DNA of 64,000 nucleotides from Batkoa obscura (Eukaryota): NCBI GenBank assembly GCA_030770535.1, contig JASVEC010000019.1, positions 744,001 to 808,000 of the forward strand, read 5' to 3'. Shown piece by piece: positions 34,810 to 46,643 of this stretch (position 1 is its first letter; each line of letters starts with the position of its first letter). The notes under the pieces were generated by a model. It saw only the letters and a program-made list of their open reading frames with translations, ran no database searches and was not told where the DNA came from. The position numbers and the translations under genes were made by a program.

Positions 34810-36460
34810 ATGCAAACTTTCATAATTAAACTTCGAAATGGAATTTTTGAAAATTTCAATACAATAGGGAGGAGTACACAATATAAACATTGTAATTCAT
34901 TTGCATCAATTTTAAGAGATACTTATAACAACCCAAGGTTTATGGAATTTTATAATAAAACAAAACAAAGAAAAGATATATCATCAAAGTTTACTATCGA
35001 TAATAATAAACTTAATCAAGTAATATATAAAATTAGTGCTTTAAGGGAAACAGGAAATAAAAATCAATAAGTAGTGTTATTATCAACTATAGCTTCAGTA
35101 TATTCTTTTGATGAATGCAAAAGTTTTGGGTTTAATATAAATGGAAATCAATATGATTATTCAAAAACAAGTAATAATAATAAAATATCAACATTACAAT
35201 CTATTATTAAAAATGCAAAAAAAATTAATGATTAAATTGAAACTATCATACAATATTTGCTAAATGATTCAGCTATTTCATCAAGATTTAATAAAAAAAA
35301 TAATGATAGTAAGTATTCATCAGATAATATATATATATTAAATAAAAGTAGAATAATGATACATAGTAAATATTTTAATGATCTAAGAGATAAAGCAGTA
35401 GCTAGGTCAACGTTCTTTAAATATATACCAAGTAATTTCAAAAATCCAGCAAGAAAAACGGATCTATGTAATATATGTGCTCAGTATACAGTTAGAAAAA
35501 AGTTATTTGAAAATAAAATGAATACAGCAATAAAAAACAAAGCAGAGATAGAAGAAATTTTCAACGAAGAAGAAAAATCATACAAATTATACAAATTCTG
35601 TGTTGATACTCAAAAAAACACATTTAATGAAACTATTAAAAAATTAAATAACAAAAGTTGTATAATAATTTTAGATTTTAAACAAAATATGGAAATAGGA
35701 ACAAGACCAGATTCAATAAATCTAGATCATTACAATAAACAAGCTATATCAATATTAGGTTTTGGTGTATTATATTTAAAAGATGATAAAACAATAGCCA
35801 AAGTTTACTTTGATTATTTATCTGAAATATTGAATCATGATTCAGCATATGCAGGAGATTGTTTAATCAAGTTGATCTCTATAGAGCTTCTATTTAAAAA
35901 GTTTACGAAAACTAATATATGGGCAGATACAGGAAATCATTTTAGATCCCAAGAGTTTCTACACTATATGGGAGTGTTTTTTTTACTTCATTATTTTTTC
36001 TATTTTTAACTACTACTTAAGGCGGAAAATTTGTTAGTAAAATTCTTAAACACAAAAATACATCCCCATATGTTTAAACAAATTCATAAAATAAATAGTA
36101 GTTTGAATGTTAATCTTAATTTTTTTGCTGAGTATCATGGAAAAAGTATAGTTGATGGACATTTTGGAAACCTTTCAAAATGGAAAAGTAGTTTTGAAGC
36201 ATTGGGTAAAGTAGGAGATATCAATCAATTAATTCCAAGATTTGAGACTTTTATTTGCGAGCATAATAGAATTAACAATTCAACTGTTAATAATGCGAAA
36301 ACAGATATAATTTTTAAAAAGTATGAAAGAAACAAAAATACAAAAATACAAAAAGAACAATAGAGATGCAAGGCATTAAGAAGTATTTACACTTTATTAA
36401 ACATAACAATAAACTACATTGTTATCCAGTATCTGATACATCAAAAAAAGCGATATAGTT
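34810..36460 (+). pseudogene. Sola-like transposase pseudogene
   Basis: ORFs 34810, 35257 and 36031 share one frame. Motifs RKTDLCNIC, IILDFKQN, IWADTGNHFRS, NFFAEYHGKSIVDGHFG. In-frame TAA at 35068 and 35233, MITE insertion at 35970, probable frameshift near 36360 (GIKKYLHF continues in another frame). Confidence 0.85.
35970..36067 (-). mobile_element. MITE copy inside the transposase, TSD ATAT
   Basis: 98 bp; removing it with one ATAT restores ...EFLHYMFKQIHKI... Confidence 0.93.
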
Positions 36461-37143
36461 CCAATTAAAGTTATAGAGTCTATAGAAAATAGAAAAATTA
36501 AAAGATCAATCCCAGCTTATCTTACGAAAACAATAGAGAATTTGAAAATTTCGATATTTCTTAAGCAAGTAGGTAAGTTTGTTGAATGATAGAAATAGAC
36601 TATTAAACGTTAATATTACCTAAGTTATTAATAGCTAAGTTAATAAATAGTCAAAGAACAAGTAATTGTAATAATATGTAAAAACTATTATTATATTACT
36701 TGTGTTATATAAAGATGGTTAATTGTAGCTTTGGGGCTGATCACTTCCCCCTATTTAGCTATTTATTAACTTAGCAATATATTAATAAAGTAATTATAAC
36801 ATTAAAATAGCTTATTTATTTGATAGAAAATCTGGAATGTTGGTTATAAAGCGACCAATAATAAACATTTCTCAATAAAGCTTTATAGGAATATGTATTT
36901 AATATCTAGTAGAAATTCAGCTAACTTACAGTATCAACTATAACACAATGGTTTAGAACTGTGTCTGGGTGCTTTTTTTTTAACAAAAAAGTTCTTTTTA
37001 TAGAATTTTAAACCAAGTTTTTAAAATAAAAATATTTAAAAATAGGATAAAATGATGAAACCAATTCAAACAACCCCATATTAACAATTACAATTTATAT
37101 TAAACATTAGTTAGTTTATCAACTTAAATTCTAAATAGTATAT

Positions 37144-37240
37144 GGGGATGTATTTTTTTGCTTAATAGTTTTGCTAATAATCTCTCTGCTCAAATAGCGC
37201 TTGAAAAATGGAAAAGTTATGAAACCAAAAAAACAGCCCC
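37144..37240 (+). mobile_element. MITE copy, TSD ATAT
   Basis: 97-bp family match. Confidence 0.92.
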
Positions 37241-37316
37241 ATATAGTTTTATACTTTTTAACTTCATAATTATAAAAAAGTAAAAAACAAATTCAGTAAC
37301 TATACAATTTAATTAT

Positions 37317-37706
37317 TTAACAAGAGCCATAACGATTATGTTTGATAAAGATAGAACCTGGGCATCCTTTCTTAGAGTCTAAATCAAATGATCCACCTTG
37401 CATTTGACTAATTACATGACCAATACAGTCTTTACCATAGTGTAAAGTAACTTGGGTGCTACCTGATGATAATAAAGATTTAATAGTAAAATCAGGAACA
37501 TCATTGACACATCCATAAGCTCCATTAACTACAACTTTCTTAAATTCACCTTTGAAGTTAGATTCTGAGTAAAGAGTAGCGTCCATGGTTAAGCCACTGT
37601 TTGGTGGTAAACTTACATCCCCACAGTTATCGTTTTTAGCTGGACATTTTTCAGCGTTGATGGAAAGAAGGGTAGCAACAGCGAATAAGATAGATTTGAA
37701 TTGCAT
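37317..37706 (-). CDS. Small secreted Cys-rich protein, beta/gamma-crystallin-like (copy 1)
   Basis: 129 aa, signal peptide, 6 Cys, Greek-key-like motifs ATLYSESNFKG and VTLHYGKDCIG. Confidence 0.85.
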   Translation of the reverse strand: MQFKSILFAVATLLSINAEKCPAKNDNCGDVSLPPNSGLTMDATLYSESNFKGEFKKVVVNGAYGCVNDVPDFTIKSLLSSGSTQVTLHYGKDCIGHVISQMQGGSFDLDSKKGCPGSIFIKHNRYGSC

Positions 37707-38585
37707 CTTTGGGTTTTTTTAATATTTAAGTGTTTTTAAAATTTATAAACTTTATATTGTTTATATAGTTTACATTAATTGAAATGGATCAATTAAAATA
37801 GCAGTCAACTTATTTGTTCAATCATGAGATAATTAGAGCTAAAATTAACTAAAGATAAAATGATTGAATCTAAAAATAAAAGCCGAAAGTTACTTTTAAA
37901 TTTGAAATTAATATTATATTAGATAAACTTTGCTTGGTCTCATCATAATGAAAAAAAACTAATATTTTATTCTCTGTAAATATTTTTATAACTTTGTCAT
38001 TACCAAATTAGTCTTATATTTCATTACAATTTTTATTTAACTTTTGATTGTTAAAAATAAACTTTAGTTAAATCAAATGATCTCTTTATACTTAGTTTTA
38101 AACAGCTTAGATGCAATCATTTTAATTTAACTTTATATATACCCAGATTTATTTATATCCCTATGACATGACTATTAAAACCCACTATACAAAAGCTTTT
38201 GTTTTTACTCCAATTCAAATTGAACTTTACAGTAAAATATCAAATTATATGCAGCATTTAAAAGTGTTGTGTCTGATTTAAATAAGAAATTCAAAAGAAG
38301 AAATAATGCTTAAAAGTTAAAAATAAAATCAATTATATTTATTTTAAAATAACTTCAACTATGTCAATTAATATGAGATCATTTTATTTTTTATAAATTT
38401 AAAATTCCTCTACGTTCTATTTTTAAATTTGGGATATGGAACTAATGACAAAATATAAAATACTAAAGTGTCCTTATGACTTAATTGTATTAAAACTACT
38501 AGGCTAAAATCTAAGAGCTACTACTATATAAACAATATAAAGTTTATAAATTTTAAAAACACTTAAATATTAAAAAAACCCAAAG

Positions 38586-38975
38586 ATGCAATTCAAATCT
38601 ATCTTATTCGCTGTTGCTACCCTTCTTTCCATCAACGCTGAAAAATGTCCAGCTAAAAACGATAACTGTGGGGATGTAAGTTTACCACCAAACAGTGGCT
38701 TAACCATGGACGCTACTCTTTACTCAGAATCTAACTTCAAAGGTGAATTTAAGAAAGTTGTAGTTAATGGAGCTTATGGATGTGTCAATGATGTTCCTGA
38801 TTTTACTATTAAATCTTTATTATCATCAGGTAGCACCCAAGTTACTTTACACTATGGTAAAGACTGTATTGGTCATGTAATTAGTCAAATGCAAGGTGGA
38901 TCATTTGATTTAGACTCTAAGAAAGGATGCCCAGGTTCTATCTTTATCAAACATAATCGTTATGGCTCTTGTTAA
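38586..38975 (+). CDS. Small secreted Cys-rich protein, beta/gamma-crystallin-like (copy 2, identical)
   Basis: Translation identical to 37317-37706; TATATAAA at 38525. Confidence 0.85.
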   Translation: MQFKSILFAVATLLSINAEKCPAKNDNCGDVSLPPNSGLTMDATLYSESNFKGEFKKVVVNGAYGCVNDVPDFTIKSLLSSGSTQVTLHYGKDCIGHVISQMQGGSFDLDSKKGCPGSIFIKHNRYGSC

Positions 38976-39162
38976 ATAATTAAATTGTATATAATGTATT
39001 CATTTAAGTTTTTAAGAAACTTTTTAACTATAAAACAATAGGCTAATATTTTGTTGTCAAATGTTTAAAAGAATATAACTTTTATTTTTAAAAATACTTT
39101 ACAAATAATAAACTATCTTATAATATAAAAAATTCTAAAAATAAATACATCTAACCTTTTCT

Positions 39163-40449
39163 CTAATCGGATGTCCTATAAAAGCGCTCATAGTTAGTGA
39201 TAGGTACATGACACCTTGGGCATGGTGGATTTGAGTCATTAGAAGAAACCAAAATTGATAAACATTGGTAACACAACAGATGATTACAATTTAAAGAATA
39301 AGCAAGTTGACATCTACAATTCAAAGCTCCAATAAAATTTGGATGATAACTATTACTATTATTCATAATTATTTCCTCCTGCGTCATACCCTCATGATTG
39401 CTCTGACTAGTATCATGACTTTCCAAGTTTTTATAATAATAACAATACGCACACGTGGACGTTGGTAACTCGCTTAATATCTTTTGATTTTCTGCTGAAT
39501 ACATGCCTTCTTTTTCATTACCTCCAAACTTGAACAAGATTTTTTTCAGCTTGTTGCTCAACTTTGGTAAATTAATCAAGGGGGCTATGAATAATAAAAA
39601 TTCTGCAAACCCATCCCACACCATCTGTCGATTTAAAAATTCAAAATTTAACTGCCTTATACCTGCTTTTCTGGCTGGTACTAATCTCAGACCAAGTATT
39701 CTTTCAATAATACCTCGGTATCTAAATAAAATAAATATATTTTAAAACCAAGACAGTAAAATGAAACCCACCTTCCGTTATAAATAAAATGCAAAAAATG
39801 AATTAGATTGATCAATTTGACCCATTTTTCTAAAGAACTTATAGCCTTATAAATTTTGTACTTTGTAGTCTGACTATTAACTTCGTCTCCCCATCCCCCG
39901 CCTACTCCTGAGTTTAACCACTTACTCCAGAGATATTGACCACCAATCGTTAACACGCCATAGAGTGATACTTGTAATAAAGTGGGGTCCGAAATCGAAG
40001 TGGTAGTAAAATTTTTAGCTGAAGCAAGAGTAAATAAAAAAGATGTAATCAAAAAAAATAATTTTACGTGAAAAATCATTTTGAAACCTCAGGTTTTGCA
40101 ACATGGCGCCGTAGCTAGCTTTAAACTTACCACGGAAAGAAAAATAAAACAAAACACTTTGAAGCCCTAGAACCAATTCTGGTTCATACATAGTTTTGAT
40201 ATCACTCTATAAAAAGCAAAACTATTATTTTAAACTTTATAGGCTTTAGTAATTGGTTACCTTGAACAATGAGACTGCAGTAAATAGCTTCGTTGATAAA
40301 ATCTCTTTTAATTCATTATCTAACAAATCAGCATCTAGCTGTGCCACTCTGGAGACTTTTAAATCTACATTTTTCAAATCCACAATTTCCTTAACGCTTT
40401 CTTCTTTCTCTACTTCATTGTCTTTGGCTTCCCAGTAGTTATTACTCAT
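39163..40449 (-). CDS. PEX2: Peroxin 2, peroxisomal RING E3 ligase, multi-exon
   Basis: RVAQLDADLLDNEL, SYGAMLQNLRF, NFEFLNRQMVWDGFAEFLLF, C-terminal RING (CAYC...CNHLLCYQC...CPRC). Confidence 0.92.
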
Positions 40450-40993
40450 TGCTGTGTGTTAAAAAATCGTCCGATTTAATGTTAGTAGATAAAAACTGTT
40501 TTTTAAAATGATATTAAAAATTCAGTGAATTAAAAGGCAACTTCATTTAAAACTCAGGTTAAACCAATTATAATTAGCTTTTACATGCCAAGCCAATGAA
40601 TGAAAATTAGTCTAAAAAAGGTTAAAATGGACCTAATTTTCAACTAGAAATTAATAAAGTAAAACTTTGACTTTGAAAAGCATATATTTGTCACAAAACA
40701 ACCCTTTTTAGACTTAAATTAGTATTCATAAATAGAAAGACGCTATTTATCTATTATAAAATTATGAACCAAAACCAAAGAACTCTGGTATCTCAAGAGC
40801 AATTTACCTCCCTAGCTTTAAAAACCATGCTATTTCAACATTTGAAAAATAATAGTCACAGCCTCACTTTTAACCAATAAAGTTTAAATTTTTAACCATG
40901 ATGAAGTCATCAATCATTTGAAATAGAAATGTGTCAAAAAAATAAACTACATTTTTAATATTTTTATCAAAAAATACAACCGAAAGATTCATA

Positions 40994-42588
40994 ATGACAC
41001 GTACGTTTGTAATTGGAGTGGGTATGACGAAGTAAGAATACATAAACTTTATATACAGGAGCTAAATCATGCTAGGTTTGAACGCTTTGGAAAGCGTGAA
41101 GATTGGGAGTATCCAGGTATTTTTAACTAAATAACTAACCATTTAACTAGAGCTTTTCATTAGAAATCGCAAAAGAGGCCATAGAAGAAGCATTGAAAGA
41201 TAGTGAGTTGGGGATCAATGATATCGAGGCCGCCGTTGCCTCTTATTGTTACGGTGACTCTTGCTGTGGTCATCGAGGTCTAAGAGGTAAGTGCAGGAAA
41301 TTTTATAATTTATTAAAATATGCTTACAGTAAAATTAATAGAGGTGGGACTTACAGGGATACCTGTATTCAATGTGAATAGTAATTGTTCCTCAGGCTCA
41401 AGTGCCTTATATTTAGCAAATACCTTTTTAAAGTCTGGAAAGGAGTGCATGCTAGCGTTTGGTAAGTATAAAAGTAGATGAAATCAAGTTATTCATATTA
41501 ATTTATTTTTTAAAGGGTTTGAGAAGATGGAGGTAAGAAGCAAGCATAACGAATATTAGTTTTTAAAGTTTATTTTTATTTTAGCGTGGTCTTTCCATGA
41601 AATACCCTAACTTCCCACAGCCAACTGCACCCCATTATTTAGCCCATGACGATTTGATCGAAAAATTAAACTTGCCTCCAATCAACAAGCACCCCAAATT
41701 AAATGAAATGACTAGTGGAGCCATGACTATGTTCACTTCCGCTGGTTTGGAGTATATGCGCAAATACAATGTATCCAAAGAAGTGTTAACAAAGATAGCA
41801 CACAAAAATCATTTACACTCAGTTTATAACGCAAAAGCATGTTTCAATCAAGAGTTTACTTATGAGCAGATTACAAATCCTAAGATGCAACTAACGGATT
41901 TAATCTACTCTGCAATGGCTGGACCTACTGTAAGTTTCAATTTGACTATTGTTATTATTAATTAAGCTCTTTTTAGGCTGATGGTGGTGCAGCAGCCGTC
42001 CTGGTTACTGAAAGTTACCTAAATAAAAATCCACATCTTAAAGAAAAAGCGGTGGAAATTTTAGACATGGAAATGTTGAGTGATACTGCAAATTTCAATG
42101 ATTCTTTTGCAAATATTGTTGGACTCAACTTAGCTAAAGAAGGTGTTAATAGAATTTTCAAAAGACAAAATCAATATTCTATCAAAGATGTTTCAGTAAT
42201 TGAATTACATGATTGCTTTACGCCAAACGAATTTTTATTGTATGAGGCACTTGGCCTATGTGATGAAGGCAAGGCGGAGAAATTGGTTATGGAGGAGATG
42301 AAAATGATCCAATGTAAAGGCAAAGGCAGATTGATGCAGTTCAAAAATCAAGTGGTTGTTAATCCTTCTGGGGGCTTAGTTTCCAAAGGTCATCCCTTAG
42401 GTGCTACAGGTTTAGCTCAATGCTATGAGCTTTGTAATCAATTAAGATCTAAAGTGGAACCTGAGCGTCAAGTACCTAATCCCAAGTTAGCTCTTCAACA
42501 CAATGTTGGCATTGGAACAAGCTGTGTACTGTTTTTGTATAAAAAATATTTACCTTTAACTAAGAATCACAGTTTAAATAAACTTTAA
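40994..42588 (+). CDS. SCPx-type (sterol carrier protein X-like) thiolase without an SCP2 domain, multi-exon
   Basis: MTRTFVIGVGMTKF, NVNSNCSSGSSAL, GFEKME, ADGGAAAVL, IELHDCF, VNPSGGLVSKGHPLGATG, LQHNVGIG; C-terminal NKL. Confidence 0.9.
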
Positions 42589-42600
42589 TTTTGATTTTTA

Positions 42601-44932
42601 TTAAGATACAAAAATAGGCGTATTCTTTTGGATTGAAGTTTTTAAACTGAAAGTCGAATTTACATATTCAAAAAGCAAAATTGAGTTAGAGGTTAAAATC
42701 AATAACAATGGGGTACTTTCACTATCCTCACTCTTGAAAAACTTAAAGTCTAAAATAGCCCCCATTTGTTCAAATGTGTCGTTTTTTAGCACAAATTTTA
42801 TAGGCTCGACTTGTTCTTCATCAATTATGGTATTACTATTACCATCTTCAATAGCTGGTAATCTATAGATTAAAATCTAATAATTTTAGTTTCAACGCCA
42901 TCTTGTTGTAGTTATCATATTACTTACTTCTTTTCTCAGTTCATCTCTAGCACAAAAATAAGCATGATCAGTAAAAAATAAATACGTTTTGGGCATAGAG
43001 GTCTCTTGAAAGTACCCCTTAAGATCAGCTACTTTGTTAAACTGAACTTCATCTAAATGATTGGTAATATTCACCATGGAAGTGATACTCAATATACTAC
43101 TATGTCTATTAAACATTAACTTACCAATAATATGATTTGTTGTTTTTAATGCTGAATCTCGAAATGAAGCCAAAATCATTTTCTTTTCATGGTCATATGT
43201 TAATGAGTAGCATGAACAGTTTGAGTCTTTTTTATCAATAATTTTTTTACATAATTTAGTCGCATTATAGTGGCTATTATAACTAATGTTCCCTTCAAAA
43301 TTTAAATCCCATAAATAAACCCCATCAATATTAGCACCAATCAAATACTCGAGTTGGTTGAGTTCAACAAAATATAAAGAATGAATTGGCGCTTGACTTG
43401 TGATTTCGGGATAATGCAGTATTCGGGTAGGCTCTTGGCATAAAATTGAATTGTAATCAAACTCTACTATTTTTGAATTGCCGCACCCTGCATAAATAAA
43501 ATGTTTTTGCTTTGAATTAAAACAACATGACCATCCTTGGCCTGGTAACTTAAATTTATGGTTGATTTTTTGTTCCATAGGGTTGCTTAAGACCATAGTA
43601 CTATCGAAGGACACTGTTAATAAACGAATGACAGTTCCAATTTCTTGAGTTTTAATATCTCTCAACTGACTATTATGTAAGCGATAAGAAAATTGTACAT
43701 TTGTTTGGTTTAATTTGATGGTAGTGATACCAAAATTCGTCGGATCAAATTTACGCCCAACAAATATTATCTTCTCATTATTACTAACATCCATTACCCT
43801 CGTGATATTTGACTAGATAACAGTTAGAACCGATTGTCATATGCTTATGATTTTTACTCTTACTTCATTGGATACTTCAACTTTTGCTTTGAACCTAAAA
43901 ATAGCACTATTTAGACCTTTATGTTTACTTGGTATAATGATCTCATAAGGTGAAATTATAGCCACACTATCTACTTCAATTATATCTGTTGGTATTATAT
44001 CACCAAAAGATTGACAGTTTGCAACTTTTCTATAATAATAAATAAAATTAATTAATTAATAAAGATAAAAAAGTTACCGATTTAATTCTTGAATAACTTT
44101 ACGTGCTTTAGATAGTTCTCTCTAAATAAAGAACGTTTAGTTTTACTTGCTCTTCAATTTAATTTAATTTAATTTAATTTACCTCTATCATATCTTTACT
44201 TAGCTTCACCTTATTCAACTCACTCTGCACCAATTCTATTTGGGTCCTTGCCATTTCTGCTTTTTTTAGGGCAGAATCTCTTTCAGTTACATCCAACGCT
44301 TTGAGATTGTTGATATACAATGATCGTATTTCTTTATCTTTGTAATATACGCTAGATGAAATTAGTAAAGGACTCAATTTAAATAAAAAAACTATACCCA
44401 CAGAATGGACATGGTGCTAAGTTTAATCCACGATCAAGTGCTTTGGTCTGAAACCAACGTTTAACACAACTGTGAAGATATTAATTATGGTTTTTTGAAG
44501 CAGTATTTTATTACCTTTTGCCAAACACATGGCCGCAAGGGAGGCAGGATATCTGATGTTCTCCAGAGTTTGTCCAGTCTGAGTAACATATTGAACATGT
44601 GTTTGAGTCTTCTTCTTCATACTCTCTCTAAAAAATTAATATTAATTATCTAAAATTTTATACCTATGTAAGCTTACAGCCCGTTTCAGTCTATTACTTT
44701 GAGAATTATTACTATCCTCTGTACTTAAATCAACCTTAGTATCAGTAATATTACTTGGCACTATCTCTCTCCTTTGAATCCTTTGAAATTCAATATCATC
44801 GTCATTGAGTTGGATGGAATCGAGGTCAATCAAGTTACCGTTGTCATTTGTATAATTGAGTGTAATGTAATTAAGAAGGCTTTCTGTTTCATTGTCAACA
44901 TGTTGATTCCCTCCACTGTCATTAAATTCCAT
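42601..44932 (-). CDS. RFWD3: RFWD3-like RING-finger/WD40 E3 ubiquitin ligase, multi-exon
   Basis: CSICYSDWTNSGEHQISCLPCGHVFG...CPFC RING, coiled coil, WD region HNSQLRDI..LLTVSFD..GWSCCF. Confidence 0.85.
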
Positions 44933-45026
44933 AGTATCGTTAAATAACTTAAAAGTATTGAACCAGAATAAAAAGTAAAAGAAATTTTGTTTTTGTTTTT
45001 TTATTTCCAATTTACCAATTTTGTCA

Positions 45027-46627
<1,601 letters not shown>

Positions 46628-46643
46628 GTATTAGATTAATTTA

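Larger units (their letters stand above)
34047..37077 (+). mobile_element. Sola-like (Sola2-type) DDD DNA transposon, defective, carrying nested insertions
   Basis: Imperfect TIRs GGGGTGGTTCGAATTGGTTTCA (34047) and TGAAACCAATTCAAACAACCCC (ending 37077) enclose a transposase pseudogene; right flank ATAT. Confidence 0.8.
37301..38991. repeat. Perfect 469-bp inverted repeat (arms 37301-37769 and 38523-38991, 753-bp spacer)
   Basis: Arms are reverse complements with no difference seen. Confidence 0.95.

Noticed and set aside
35068..35235. In-frame TAA codons as stop-codon reassignment
   Set aside because: Host genes end in TAA normally and the element has other lesions; ordinary decay explains them.
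35970..36067. MITE acting as a spliceable intron (introner) that rescues the transposase
   Set aside because: The obvious GT (35974) to TTAG (36037) removes 64 nt and shifts the frame, and the gene has other stops anyway.
36400..37077. Fanzor/TnpB or other cargo gene in the DNA transposon
   Set aside because: No second ORF or RuvC-like motifs seen.
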